A DNA stretch of 64,000 nt from the NCBI GenBank assembly GCA_010909165.1, contig MU008163.1, positions 868,001 through 932,000 of the forward strand, given 5' to 3'. Below the pieces are notes generated by a model. It worked only from the letters and a program-made list of their open reading frames with translations. It was not told where the DNA came from and did no database searches. A program made the position numbers and the translations under genes. This DNA is from Anthoceros angustus (taxonomy: Eukaryota > Plantae > Anthocerotophyta). Positions 49,100-63,036 of this stretch are shown here, in pieces; within the stretch, counting starts at the first letter, position 1, and every line of letters starts with the position of its first letter.

Positions 49100-51250
49100 A
49101 ATATGCTCATACTGCTAGGGCTCTTGACCTCCCTTGGTCCCCGCTCGAAGAGACCATTCTGCTCCGTGCCTCCATCCAAAGACCCAAGGATGCCATCCCC
49201 GCGACATATCCGATTATGTAGAGGATCCCTTCTCCTTGATCGGCAGCTTTTGCTTTGGCACTCTCGACCCGTCTTTCATCTGCCGGGGAATGGTGTTTGA
49301 ACACCTCAAGGACCTTTTCTCCCTGAAGATCCATCTAGTGGCTTCCCATAGCTCTTTTCCCAGGCCACTGTGGTAGCTCGGGGAGAGATGCCTCACTGGA
49401 TTTCCCTTATTCTTGCAGCTAGCAGGCTTGTCGCTATGGACAAGCCTGCCCCAGGCTCGGTCGTTCGCCCACTCGCGGATGGGGAAGCCTTCAAATGGCT
49501 TCTTAGCCGCACTATTGCCCTTCAGTGCTGCTCCTTCTCCAGCAGCACCTCAACCCCCACTCAATTTGCATTACACCGTGGTGTGCTTGGAGTGAAGGCA
49601 TGCCTTAATACCTACCCGGAGTGGGTGGTCTTACATGTGGATGTCGAGAATGCTTTCAATACCATTTCTGGAGGTGTCATCTTTGAGGAGCTTAGGCATC
49701 CGGCGCCATCCTAGGGAGCCTTATACCTTTTGTCCGGTGCTTCTACGGAGGTCCTCCAACCTCATCGCCAACAAAAGAACGTCTCTTGGGATTTGCCGTC
49801 TTTGTCTTGGAATCGGCCATAGGTTCCGAGCAAGGCGGCGCGTGCTCTCTTCACCATTTCACTATAGGGCCCTATCCAGGCCGCCTTCTCTGTGTGCCCT
49901 GTTCGTGAGGATTCTCACATCCTCGGGCTTGGGGACAAGGTCAAGGAGGCCTTTGAGCTCTTCTCTCATGAGCTTTCTTTGGTGGGCTTGAAGGTCAAGT
50001 TGTTCAAGTCTGGTCTCGTGGGATCTGCTTGCGCTTTCTGGGAGATTGCTCGGCTTTGGGATCTAAGGTCGGGTCCCCTTCGCCTCGACTTCTTGGAGCT
50101 GACCGGGCTCAGGACCTCTCCATGTCAAGGACCTTCCCCATGTCAAGGACCTCCCTTTCTTTGGAGGATGCAGATCCTTATGAGTGAAGTTCTTTCCTCC
50201 TATTTTGCTAGGGCCTTGACCTCATCCATGCCTCCGTCTTGGTCCTTTGTCTCGGCTTTGGGGTTTGATAGGAAGTATGGATACTCTTGGGAACATCTTG
50301 GGCTCTGCTTTTAAGTGCCCTGGGCGATCCGCCCATTAGGGAACCGGCCCCCGCATGCAATTTGACGACAGTCTCCCGCTGGAGGTCTTCCCGATGATTG
50401 GGCCCTCTGCCTTTTCGCTGCTTCTCCATGGCCAGGCCTTTTCTAGAGGATCTCGTATCGTATGGCGGAGGGAACCTTCTCTCTCAAATGTCCTTGAGGT
50501 AGGCCATAAACATGTTATCAATGCATGCTCGGAAGGACTTCCTCCTTTCTCGACATTTATCAGATGGTTGTGGGTTCTGAGACATCCTCGCCGAGAAGCT
50601 CGGCGCCGCTTGTCCTCATGGACCCTCCATCCCAAGTCCACAAGAGCGGCTCGCTCTTGTTGGAAGGGCACATGTGCTTGGCTATTGGCTCGCCCATGCA
50701 TACGGGGTTTTCACATCGCACCAACCACCTTCACTCTGCGATGGGATTACGCCTTCCTGCCCGCTTGTGGCTTCGCCTCAGTGCGGCTCGCCTCGATGAT
50801 TCTGGGTACACCTTGCTTGTTGTCCGTGGGGTCATCGCATTGCCACCACGATGTCATCCAGCGATGTCATGTTTGTCATCGCCGCGGCTATGGCCCGGAG
50901 GGAGTGGGGTATACTCCATACAGTTGTTTAATAAGGGTCACCTGCATCGTCCGGCGACGTGTTTTCGGGTGGTATTCGATCACGACATGACATCATCTCC
51001 GCTCAATCATCACTAACCGCCCAGTTGGGGCTCTGGGCGGCGACTCAAGGTCCGCAAATATAGCAAGATGCAAGCGGCCACCTCTTTATTCCGCTTGCAC
51101 AAGAAAAGTATGGGCCAATGGTGAGGACTTTGACAAATTTGTCAAGTCCTGCCAAAGATTACTATGCGCGCGCAGCACGCATGGTAAAGTGGATCCTCCA
51201 CAAGGCGGCATGTGAGGGTGATGCATCTTCTTCTACCTCCGTGGTTTGCA
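49100..51250 (+). mobile_element. Degenerate non-LTR retrotransposon, RLE-endonuclease type (CRE-like)
   Basis: LAASRLVAMDK..VRPLADGE...WVVLHVDVENAFNTIS (ORF 49370-49714); EDSHILG at the YADD position; C-terminal Cys/His and HHD remnants (50700-50990). Confidence 0.7.
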
Positions 51251-51389
51251 TACAGTTGTTTATTCTTCCACGCATATGACATTGTGGGTACATGAGGTGA
51301 CTTTAGGTAGGGAGCTCACGCTCCTCTCCACCTCGACCCTGGTCCTCTTTGGTTGTCCCTCTTGGATGGGCTCTTCCCATCATTTTTCA

Positions 51390-53780
51390 CCTCAATAAAA
51401 TATGTTAGTTATGGAATGAAAGATATGGTTTCTAGCTAAAGCTATGGCTCCTTGGCTATCATTAAATAATGATGTAGAGTTACTTTGCGGATGATTGAGC
51501 TCATCTAAAGCTAACCTACTCCAGACAATATCTTTAGCAACTGAGGTTAGTACTCTGTACTCCGACTCTGTACTTGACAGGGCAATGGTAGGTTGTTTCT
51601 TACTTGACCAGGAGATAGGAGCGTTGCCTAAGATGAGCACATAACGTGATACAAACTTTCGTGTGTCAGGGTCACCAGCATAGGTGGCGTCGACATAAGC
51701 TATTAAAGTTAACTTGGTAATACATTAATCCAGTGTGCATGGTGCCCTTAAGATATCTGAATATGCGCTTAACTGACATTTAGTGTTCACGTGATTCTCC
51801 AAAACCAGAGGTCTTGTAAAATTACTTAAATATATTAGGGTGCCAACGCATGTCTATATGAAATAGCATACGCCAATTTATCCGCATCATCTTTAGACTC
51901 ATAGCAGAGGTAAGTCGTATGTCGCATAAGCAAAAGGAGTAAGCACCCTCAAGTCCAAATTTAATTGAACTTTCCTTAATATACTTGGTTTGAACTATAC
52001 TTAAAGTTCTATTGATTCTATCTCATATGTCAGCTCCTCTGGATCAATCATTTCAAAATGACTTCGTAACCAAGCCTTAATTTCAGCTAAAAGGGAAGTT
52101 GATGATGAAGCCATGAATAGGTAATCAACATATAATACGAGATAAAGTATATCATTTCCAGAGATATTAAGATATATGTACTAGCATCTCGCTTTGTTTG
52201 AAACCTGCTTGACTAGCTTAATATGAAAAGTCACATTCCATTCCTTGCCTCGACCTCAAGCCATACATGCATTTAATACGTTTGCATACCCAATTTTCTT
52301 TGCCTTTAACTTCATAAGCCTCAAGTTGTCTCATGTAGATTTCTTCGACGATGTCCATATAAATAAGTTGTCTTCACGTCCATCATATGGAGATGGTCAT
52401 GTGGAGCGATTAAGGCTTGGAATCTTGGTAAACCCTCTTGCCACGGATGTGCTTTATAGCGCTCAATAGAGCCATCTTCTTTTCTTTTAATCTTGAATGC
52501 CCATATACTAGTTTCAATTTTTCTTCCTTTGGGTGGCCTAACTAATACCCATGTTGAGTTTTTAAGTAAGAAGTTATACTTGAATCTACAGCTATCTTCC
52601 ACAAGTCTTTTCGTGATGTGAAAGCTTGTTTTAAGATGAATGGTTGTAAGATCGGATGTGGCCTTGTATACGCCTCTTTAGATGAGGGGATGTCAAGAAA
52701 TATGTTCATCAACCATAGCAAGGTATCCTAAAGGAGGTTCCTTCCATCCTGCGAGGCTCGAAATAGTGGGTCAAGGACGAAGGTTGAACCTTGGAGTGGT
52801 GTTCATCTTCCACGTCCTCCTCAAACAGACGTCAACAAGAATATCCGGATCATGATCAATCCTCGGAAGCATAGCCAAGATCGGGGCCCTAGTCATAATT
52901 TGAGTCACCGGGTTCCGCATTGGGAAGATCCTCAAGGTGTTGAGGTTCATGGGTATCAAATGGAGGTGTGTTAGGTCGTGGAAGAGATAATAACTCCTCC
53001 TCTTCCCTGCACAAGAGGTTTAACCAAACAAGGTAGGAAGAGGAAAATGAGTAATATAATCACTATCACCAAAGAGGAATAGTCGCAATCCTCAATGGGT
53101 AAAGGAGGAAGATTGCCATAATCCGTAGCTCTCAAAGGAGAAAATAGGTAAGACTCATTGAAGGTAATACTTTGGGCATATAGAAGCTTTCTAGTAGATG
53201 GATCAACACTACTAGGGAGAGGGTGTTTACAAAACCCTTTGCAAATCCCCAATCTTTACAACGTCTAACACCTCCGTTGTAAATTGGTTTAAGTTGATGA
53301 TGTGGCAAGTTTTAAGACTCGATTTACAACGGGGTTTCTAGTTGGATGATGTGGCACTCTTTTGGGTGCTCATTTACAACAACAACGGATTGATGACGTG
53401 GCTCCTAGTTGTAGATTACGTTGTAAAGCCTTTTTTCAAAATTTGATGTTTATTTTTCTAAAATCTTTATTAACTCTTTATAGCTTACAGATCAAAGGTT
53501 ACGAGTTATTTGCAAATAACTCGTAACCTTTGATGGCTTCGATATAATAAAGTATACTTGTAGCCTTGAGATCTAACTTCTTACATTGTGATTTAGGAAA
53601 AACATGTCACGAGATCCAAAAATTAAGATGATCGATAGAAGGCTTTTACCAGTCAAAGCTTCATATGGAGTCATGCCTAGAACAAGAGATGTAGGCAATC
53701 TATTGATGAGATAAGTGGTCAAGAATATCAAACAATAAACTTTTGGTAAGTGTGTTTGGGATAACAACAAAACTCGATCT
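51390..53780 (-). mobile_element. Degenerate copia pol remnant (INT-RT-RNase H)
   Basis: ISWSSKKQPTIALSSTESEY...DSQGAIALARN; [18 protein letters not shown]; YLINRLPT...TPYEALTG. Confidence 0.85.
53491..53534. repeat. Perfect 44-bp palindrome without loop
   Basis: ATCAAAGGTTACGAGTTATTTG|CAAATAACTCGTAACCTTTGAT. Confidence 0.95.
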
Positions 53781-54028
53781 CTTATTGGCTTAAATTCTTA
53801 TTTTTGCTACGCCATTTTGTTGAAGAGTGTGTATAAGTGAATTGTTGAGCTATGCCTTCACTCTACAAAACTTAACAAATGCATATGATGGAAACTCGCC
53901 AACATTGTCGAACGTAAGGTCTTGAGTTTTATTTGTTAACCTCTCAGCCCAAGGCATGTCATCCTTGAGGAAATGATAAGCATCACTCTTGTGCTTGAAG
54001 ATATAGGTAAGAAAGCGAGAGTAGTCGT

Positions 54029-54448
54029 ATGGTAATGAACAAAGGTAGAGAAATCACTTTTGATGGCTATGCACTAGCCAACGTGCTAGTAGATACTGGA
54101 GCAGATCCGGTATTGCTGGGAGCTCATATTCAGGAAGCTCTTAAGCTGTATGGTAGTAAGCTCATACCAATTGATGTGAGCATCACGACCTCAGCAGGCA
54201 CCAAGGAGCAAGTTCTTGGAAGGACAAAGGATCATGTGAAGATAAAACTCAAGCCTGGCACGCCTGATGCGTGTGTAGTGGAGGTGGAGTGCTTGGTAAC
54301 TAACGCCAAGACATATGATGTGTGCGGAGGTATGCACACATGGCCTGCGATGGGTGTTGACCCGCTGTACGTGAGTTTTCTGCCCGCCACTGGAAAGATG
54401 GCAGTTATCGAATTCCCTTGGAGTGCAATTCAGGACTCGATTTCGTAG
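54029..54448 (+). mobile_element. Retropepsin-like aspartic protease fragment (retroelement-derived)
   Basis: NVLVDTGADPVLLG...VLGRT...YDV; single DTG motif; no adjacent gag or RT recognised. Confidence 0.65.
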
Positions 54449-55274
54449 CTCTGTACTCACAAACACTACATACGCTCTGTACTCACAAACGCTACATCGC
54501 TGAATGCCCCAGTCCTATTTGTGAGCCGGGCTCTTCCCACCGTAGAAGTCCGTAGTAGCATGTGATATACCCCTCTTCTCTCATTTCACATATCTATCTC
54601 TCAAACAACAATTATCGCAAAAGCTAATCAACGCCACTAGCATGGGAGAAACGCCCCAAAAAGTGGTCCACCGCTCACCTAGACGCCATAGTGCCACTCC
54701 ACTACAATGGAAGTCCATGTTAACAACGTAATAGACCGCAACTAAACATGTACAATCGAGAAACCAGTAGCATCATTTTCCAAGTCAACCAAAGCAATGA
54801 GAAAGGAAAAAATAACATGAATTGCGGTCTCAATGAGCATAGATAGATTGTCAAGGAGCATAAATACATTGACTTTCATGGTTGAGCAATTAACTTCTAA
54901 GAACATGTTAACAGCGCAATACACCAACGCAACTAGTCCCAAAGCTACAATTGATGATAGCCATGGAACCCAAAACTGGAAATAAAACCTCCATCGTAGT
55001 TTCCACATGGCACAAAGCATAAAAGAAACTATAGAGAAAACTTAAAATATCTATAAAAGAAATACTCCAACGCATTTGCTCCCAAAGTTACAACTAGTGA
55101 TAGCCCTGGGACCCAAAAATATGGACAAAAAACATGGATAAAAATTTCTACACAGCACACAGCAATAAAAAAATCCAACAAAACCTTGGAATAGGCATGA
55201 AATTGAGTTCTGAATTGCCCTCTATGAATAAACATAGATAGATTGTGTAGATTGTCAATGAGCATAAATATAAT

Positions 55275-55436
55275 AACTTTCATGGTTGAGCCAATAGCTT
55301 CTATGGTTGAGCGAATAACTTCTATGGTTGAGCAAATAACTTCTATGGTTGAGCGAATAGCTTCTATGGTTGAATAGCTTCTATGGTTGAGCCGAATAAC
55401 TTCTATGGTTGAGCCGAATAGCTTGTATGATTGAGC
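55275..55436. repeat. 21-bp minisatellite x~8 (A(A/G)CTTCTATGGTTGAGCGAAT)
   Basis: Directly visible tandem units with small indels. Confidence 0.9.
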
Positions 55437-56440
55437 TAGGTATTTCTAATTGCCAAAGTAACAAAAGATAAGTGAGAAGAAAGTCGTAATAGAGTTAATA
55501 GCTAGCGGCAATAGTAGAACCAATATCATATCACGCATAACAATAAAGAACATGAAGCTTCATAACATGAACAAAGACCAACACAAGTGCTTAGATGCAC
55601 CTTCAACCTCGTGAGACCGGGGCAAGAGCATTCTCTCGCAAACCGGATTTTGGTGGCGAGGTCGCGGCAGCAACCCAACTCAAAGGGCGCCGAGTAGGCG
55701 AGTCCCTCCCCCCTAGTGATCCGGATGCCCTGGTTGACATGATCCTTCAACTCCGCCATCTGTGCCTTTGAAACCATCCCAACGCGGGCACCCTGGAGAA
55801 TAGTGTTGGAGAGGTCCCACACATGGCTTAGGTCTTGCAAGGTCAAGATTGGGCTAGAGATGATGGTGCCTAGTTGCACAAGAGCCTCCGCGACCAGATC
55901 CCGCGATTGTGAGACCAAGGCCGCAGTGTTAGCAAACAATCGAGAGTGAAGCTTGGCTCCAGTAATAGAGCTGGACATGGTTTTGAGCGCTTTGCTCAAC
56001 ACTTCTTGCCAATGAGATGATGTTGGCAACGAGCCTTAATCACCGACCAATCGGATCTCGCCGCCCAATCGCTCAAGGTGATCTCGACAACGGCAGTGTG
56101 AGGATTCACTTGCGCCGCTACACGCCAGTGCCTTGGCATTGAATTGAACCCACTGTATTACATAAGTGAAGACTCGAGTGCTAAGAAGGAGAGAGGAGGA
56201 AGGAGGGACGAAGGAGCGGGGTTGGTGGGAACTCCGCTCACCACCTCCCCATGGGGCACTATGCCTGCCACCTCCCCGTGGGGAACTATGCCCGCCCGTT
56301 GTAAAAGGAAACATGGGAAGGGACGTGCTTGAGAAGAAGGGGGCGTGAGCAAGGAGGATGATGAACTACTTACACCCCGAAGACCACGTAGATTTCAAGA
56401 AAAAAGCCTCAACCTCCATCGTGCAAACTTATATAGGGTC

Positions 56441-57170
56441 AGTAAGTACTCCAAACTTAGTAATTATTGCTTATAAACTTAGAATTGCTATATATGAATA
56501 TTGCATGTTGTTTTAGGTTTTAGGATATGGGGTGTGAGTACTCCAAACTTAGTAATTACTACATACAAGTTTTTCTTATAAGCTTAGAATCAAACTTGTT
56601 TAGGGGTGTGAGTATCTATTCCAAGTTTAGTAATTATTGCTTAGAAGATTGCTTATACACTTCAAATTGCTATATATGAATATTGCATGTTATTTTAGTT
56701 TTTACATTATAGAAGTGTGATTACTCCAAGTTTAGTAATTATTATGTACAATTTTGCTTATAACCTTAGAATCAAACTTGTATCGCGGTATAAGTATCTA
56801 CTCCAAACTTAGTAATTATTTATTACAAATGGGAGTGTAGTTTGTGGGGAGTCACTATCTGGGAGTGAATCTGCACCACTCACATGAAAACTCGGCCCAG
56901 AGAGGGCAGCTTACATACTACAACATCCAACCCTTGCTGGCTCCGGGCCAGCAGCAAGACGAGGTAATACCAAATTTGCGTACATGAATATTGCATGTTA
57001 TTTTAGGTTTTAAATTATAAGGATGTGAATACTCCAAGCTTAGTAATTACTATATATAAAATTTCTCATAAGCTTAGAATCAAACTTACAGGAGGCTGTC
57101 AGTATCTACTCCAAACTTAGTAATTATTATTGCTTATACACTTCAAACTGCTATATATGAATATTGCATG
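56441..57170. repeat. AT-rich higher-order tandem repeat built on TACTCCAAACTTAGTAATTA, interrupted at ~56820-56970
   Basis: Alternating subunits ending in TATATATGAATATTGCATG and AGAATCAAACTT, repeated 3-4 times. Confidence 0.8.
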
Positions 57171-57489
57171 TTGAACCGTCCCGTCTCCAACAAGAGTCTG
57201 TGGTGACCGAATGGATATTGGAGTGGCAAACATGATTGCCCACCTAATGTAATCAATAAGCCAAGAAACATAGCCCTGGTTATCGCGAGATGTCGCGGTC
57301 ATGACCTGGACCCTGCGTAGGATCAAGCATCTTGCTGTTCGAACAAGACAGAACATTGACAGCCTGAGCCATCTATGTAAGGGAAGCAGGAGCTGAAGCT
57401 CGAGCCGATCGTCGCGCGCGCGTCATTCGGCTCGCAAGCGGCAGAGCTACGGCTGGATCCGGCGTGACGATTGCTGGAAGCGGATTCGA

Positions 57490-58561
57490 TGACTCCACAA
57501 AGATCTTCTCTAGCACGCAACCTTCCGTTCCTTTGCCAGACGAGCCTGAACTGGGATTCGTGGAATACCTCGTCTCCAAAACTGCCGCACATATTATGCT
57601 TCCCAACTGCATCGACTTCTCTGTGTCTCTTCTTGCCAGTCTGCTGCTCGGGGCAGTGGTCACCACCGCCAAGCCCGAAGACACGGACACGGTCAATCCA
57701 ATGTTCTACGCAGATCTCCAGAGGCATCTCTCTGCTTGGAATATCGACTTCAGCGACTCCTTCGTTGTTACTTCATATCAAACGTATCACAAGCAGGAGA
57801 TTTCGTTTGATGAGCTGGATATCATACCATTTGGCTGCAGCCCGCAGCTGATTGCAGATCCTGAACGCTACGAAGCCGCGATTTTCGACAGTATGATACG
57901 CAGACTCAGTATCAGCGAGCCGCTGGAGCATCAGACAGGCAGTGCTTCAGGATGACACCGCGCTGCTGCTTTTCCCCTCTGGCATGGCAACGGAATCGAG
58001 CAAAGGCGTTTTCCTCACGCATCGGAATCTGATAGGGATGGCCACGACTTTCTGTGCCGATTTCAGGCTGAATTATGAAGAAGATTCAGAGGACGACGTC
58101 TGCATCTGCCTCACTCAGTTCCATGTTTACGGCATTACGGTTACCATTGCACACCTTCTCAAGGGCTCGACGGTGCCTCACCATGCAGAAGAAGTTCACC
58201 ATTCGAGAGAATCTAGGCTACTTTGAGGAGCTAGAAATTTTCGCATACCTTGAGAAATACGGTGTAACAGACTTGTATGTCCTCCTGCTATGCTTCTGGA
58301 ATTTTCGAGAGAGAGGCAGAGGCTTTGCAAGTATGATCTCCATCGGTTGACGCGGACCAACTTCTTTCACCAGTGGCAAAAGAGATATTGCAGCGCTGCG
58401 CATTGTTGTATCCTGGCGTCAAGCTCCTGCAATTATGTAGTTTCGCAGTTCCAAGAGCTTGGAACACTGCACCCTTTGAATGCCTGTAGTTAGGTTGGAA
58501 TGTCACTGACTGAATTTAACGCATCGGTTATGTCATCGGACCTTGCCAGGGCTGTGGATTT
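57490..58561 (+). pseudogene. 4-coumarate:CoA ligase-like / acyl-activating enzyme, 5' part
   Basis: DDTALLLFPSGMATESSKGVFLTHRNL (degenerate AMP-binding Box I); QFHVYG; LEKYGVTDL. Confidence 0.75.
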
Positions 58562-61500
58562 TGTTAGAAACAGTTATTCCCAGGTTCAGTACATTAGAAA
58601 TGGTGTGCTATGCATACATATATAGCCTTTGGCCTTGTCATACTCTCGATAGTATGAAACCCTATCTCGCCTCCTGGATAATCCTATATACTTCTAGGAC
58701 TTATACTCATAACTCTAATATGTGATGTGTTGCACCAATCCTATAGATTTCTAACACTCCCACTCAACACATCGCTACTTTTTAAGCCTAACATCTTGCT
58801 AAACTTAACGTGCTTCTCTAAAGTCAACCCTTTGGTCAAAACATCGCAGCATGTCCATAGTGGGACAATGCTAGCTCTATCTCCTTGGATTGAACTTTCT
58901 CCGATGAAGTGATGCTTTACTTCAATGTGTTTCCATGTGAAAAGTAGCATTCTTTGCTAAGTAAATGCAACCTTGATTGTCGTTGAAGATGGTTGTTGCA
59001 CCTTCCGCTTAAATCCCATTTCTTGAGCAATCGTCGTAGCCATATTGCTTCCATTGTTGCAGCAGATATTGCCATGTACTCCGCTCAGAGGACAAAGCCA
59101 CGAGGGTCGACGCTACTACTCCATGAAATGGCTCCCCAAATAGCATAAATACATATCCTGTGGTAGACTTGCCATCGACATCTCCATTAATCAATCACAA
59201 AATCCAACCACCGGCTTCTTCATGTCGATCCTTTTGGTATTTCAACTTCCAATGTTTTGTGCCGCAAGTATCCGAATATCCTCTTGATCGCTTGATAATC
59301 TTGTTGTGGTTGGCCAAGAATCGACTCACAACTCCCACGCCTCGCAATGTCGGGCCTTGTCCTGCCAAATATGTAAGACAGCCAACGCACGTTGATAGAG
59401 AGTCTTATCTATCTTCTCTTCTCCTTTTGTAGGGCTCATCTCCTGCGATAGCTTCTCATTGAAGATCATTGGCGTCTTCATGGGTTTGCAATCTTGCATG
59501 CCAAACGCTCAATATGGTCTCCACATATGTTTGTTGGCTCAAAGAGATGTTTGTTAGCCCTATTCCTTTCCACCTTTATTCCTAGGAATAGTGGAGCTCA
59601 CCCAAATCTCTCATGTCAAAGCTTGCATTAAGGCTTTGCTTTATCGAGTCTAAGAGTTCCATGTCATTGCTAGCAATAATCAAATCGTCCACATAGACAA
59701 AGCAATGATAATTATGGATTCTCCCACTCTTCACATAGATATTCCAATCATTGGTTTTCTTGAAACCTCTAGACGGAAAACACATCAACCTTACGATACC
59801 AAGCAAGGCGATTGCTTAAGACCATCTGAGCCTTTAGCCTACATACCTCTCCCTCGCGTCCTGGTATTTCGTATCCCTCTGGCTGGTCCATGTAGATCTC
59901 TTCATCCAGATCTCCATTCAGGAACGATCGAACATCCATATGATGTATCTCCATGTCGAAAGCGGCTGCGATAGCTAGGAGAGCTCGGATAGATGCTATC
60001 TTAGCGACAGGGGAGAAGGTATCAGTATAATCCACACCTGGGACTTGTGTATATCCTTTCCCCACCAGCCTTGCCTTGTAGCGCTCTATGCTTCCATCGC
60101 CCTTTAATCTTGAATGTCCACTTTGATCCTATGCTCTTCCTTCCGTGAGGTAGAGGAGTGATTGCCCAAGTTTTGTTCTTGAGAAGAGAGTTATACTCAC
60201 CGTCACTTCTTTCCACCTTTTGCCTTTGGTCCTTCCAATGCTTCCCTTAGGCTTTGTGGTTCGCGCATCCGCCAACCATGCCTCCTCATACACACATGCA
60301 TTCATGGATTCCAAGATCTTCGAAGGTTTCCATTGTCTCGTTGATCTTCTCAAGATTGGTTGTCTCTCTCGAATACTTGAGCTTCCTCTTCTTCGACCAC
60401 GACAATGCTTTGATCTTCATCTACTTCTCCAATCGCGACATCGGAATTTCCCTTTCTCCCCTCTATGTCGCATTGTTGAGAAGGTTCTGGCTCGAGCGTT
60501 GCTCAAGAGTGTCATCATAGTCGAATCCTCATCGTGGTCGCCAACATACGCCGTCGGATCCTTCATGATAACCTGGGGTTGGAGCTCCCACTCCTTTGAT
60601 GGGTTCCACAACCTCATTAAATACAACGTCCTCGCTAAAATGATCTTCTTCCTTGAAAGATCATACAACCTGAGCCCTTAATCTCGAGAGTATCCAAGCA
60701 TAAGGCACTTCACGCCTTTTGGATCCCATTTTGTTCGGGTTTGCTTGAACGTGAGCATAAACCATCGAACCAAAGATCCTCAAATGGCTTATGTCGGGCT
60801 TGACGCGACCACGCTTCGGGTCATTCCAACAATAGCTTTGGTTGGAACTCGATTCAAAACATAGGTTCTGTAACAAACCTCACCCCAAAACGTACTTCCA
60901 AGCCACTATGATGTAACATGCATTTAGCCTCCACGACTCTAAGTTTGCTCCGCCACTCCATTTTGCTCGGTGTGTGAGGGATGGTTAGTTGCCTTCCAAT
61001 TCCATGCTCCTTGCAAAAGCGTTGGAAGTGGAGATGTATTCACCTCCGTTGTCACTACGCAAAGTCTTGACGTTGTCCACTTGCGTTCTCCACCATGGCT
61101 TTCCATTCCTTGAAGAGTGTAAATACCGGATTTCTCCTTCATAAGATATGTCCAGTCTTCCTAGTGAAATCATCCACAAACACCGAATGTAGCGGGCTCC
61201 GCCATGAGTGGATTTTCATTGGACCACCACACATCCGTGTGTACCAACTCTAGCGCCATCTTTGCTCGTCACCGCAATCTTGGGAACTTAGTTCGGTGTA
61301 GCTTTCCCATTATGCACCCTTGGCATAATTGCGCTCACCCACTTCTTTCAAATCCAAGCTCAGAACCATATGTTGGTTCTTCATCAACTGATATTGTCCA
61401 CACCAATGTGCCCTAGACGTTGATGCCATAAATCAATAGATCCAATGCTATTTTGAATCGTCCATAAAGGTGCAAGCTTGCCTTCCCAGAAGCACACAAC

Positions 61501-63031
61501 TTGTACAAATTTCCTACGGACGCCTAGCAATCACTTTAGCATTCGATAACTCAGCTCGATTGGATCCAAATCCTTTGGAATTGAACACAACCTCATGACG
61601 ATCGGCAATTTTGCGTAAAGAAGATTCCTCGCAAGATGAGGCACATGATGCACGCCTTAATACAGTGTCTCCTCCCGGAAGATGGACTCGTAACACTCCT
61701 CTTCCCTTGATGTCATGTGACCTATTGTCACCAAGCGCCACCGTATGCCCCTCCGCAATACCTCGTAGCTTGAGAACCAAGGAAGGTTATAAGCGAAATC
61801 TTTGGGATGCACCGAGTCAAGGTACAAACTCTCATCCTTCTTTGATGAAGTCGCTTGATCTCTTTCGGTGAAGCACGCGAAGATGTGTTCTTGGTCCTTC
61901 TCACGACTTGATTAGCTTGGGATGATTTCCCTTCTTCAAGTCCCAATCTTATTTTACGCCCTTTGCGTGATTGGGCTTCCGCAATAACAAAAGCCTTTCA
62001 CCTTTCTCTTTGCATCTGTATCCTTTGTCCCTTCTAGAGACTTGGCTTGAGGTCTTCCACCGTGATGTGCTCTTCTTGGAGAAGAGTGCCAAGCCTTCGT
62101 TGCCTTGTCCGGAAAGAACCATCAAGCTCCTCTTGTAGGAGTAATCTAACCACCTCATCAAAGGTTGGTTGATTGTCACTTGGACGCATCGCTACGGATG
62201 CCCTATAAGACAATAAAAATTGCCTACATGATGGTGGCAAACTACTCGCGACATGATCACCTTACCCTCCAAGGTTTGATCTCGCCTCCCTCATTTGATC
62301 AACCAAGCTTTTCAACTTGTTGACATGTTGTTGAACGGTCGCCTCAACCATCTTGAAGTTGGAGAATTGACTTTCCAGCAGATTTCGCTCACAATGCTCT
62401 TCTTCTCATACGTGCAAAGAATTTTCCATGCATCCCGAAGAGACACACTCGCTCAATTGTGAGAGAATGTCATCGACATTTCAGATAATATTAGCCAAGG
62501 CTTCGCATCCTTGTCTATATCCTTTTCGAGCGCCATCCGGAAGTCCATTTTCCACAAACTTCCACAATCCGTCAATGAGAAGAGATTTTAGCTTCAACTT
62601 CCATAATGTGAAGTTCCCGCCATCAAACTTCTCCACTTGACGCGTAGTCTCCATATGCACACCTCCGAAAGCTATGCAAAGACAAGACAAAAGTTCCTCG
62701 CACCAAAACTACTACCAAGCTTCACAAATTGCAAACGAGCTTTGACACTTAGTCCGCATAACTACAAACAATGCAATAGAAGACAAGTGGCAGTCCCACT
62801 GTGGTGGTGCAGTACTTTACGCATCTCTGAACCATGCTCGATACCATGTTAGAAAGAATTCCTGTGTTCAAGACATTAGAAATGGTGTGCTATGCATACA
62901 TATATAGCCTTTGGCCTTGTCATACTCTCGATAGTATGAAACCCTATCTCGCTGGATAATCCTATATACTTCTAGGACTTATACTCATAACTCTAATATG
63001 TGATGTGTTGCCAATCCTATAGATTTCAACA
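58562..63031 (-). mobile_element. Full-length Ty1/copia retrotransposon (4470 bp)
   Basis: LTRs 58562-58756 and 62847-63031 (TG...CA); TSD GATTT (58557-58561, 63032-63036); PBS-like GCTCGATACCA before 62847; PPT at 58757; gag (EKFDGGNFTLWK), INT (LRSDNGGEY), RT ([15 protein letters not shown]), RNase H; many frameshifts. Confidence 0.95.
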
Positions 63032-63036
63032 GATTT

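Noticed and set aside
53255-53428. MITE defined by CTTTACAACGT / ACGTTGTAAAG inverted repeats
   Set aside because: Only 11-bp arms and no convincing TSD, so too weak to call.
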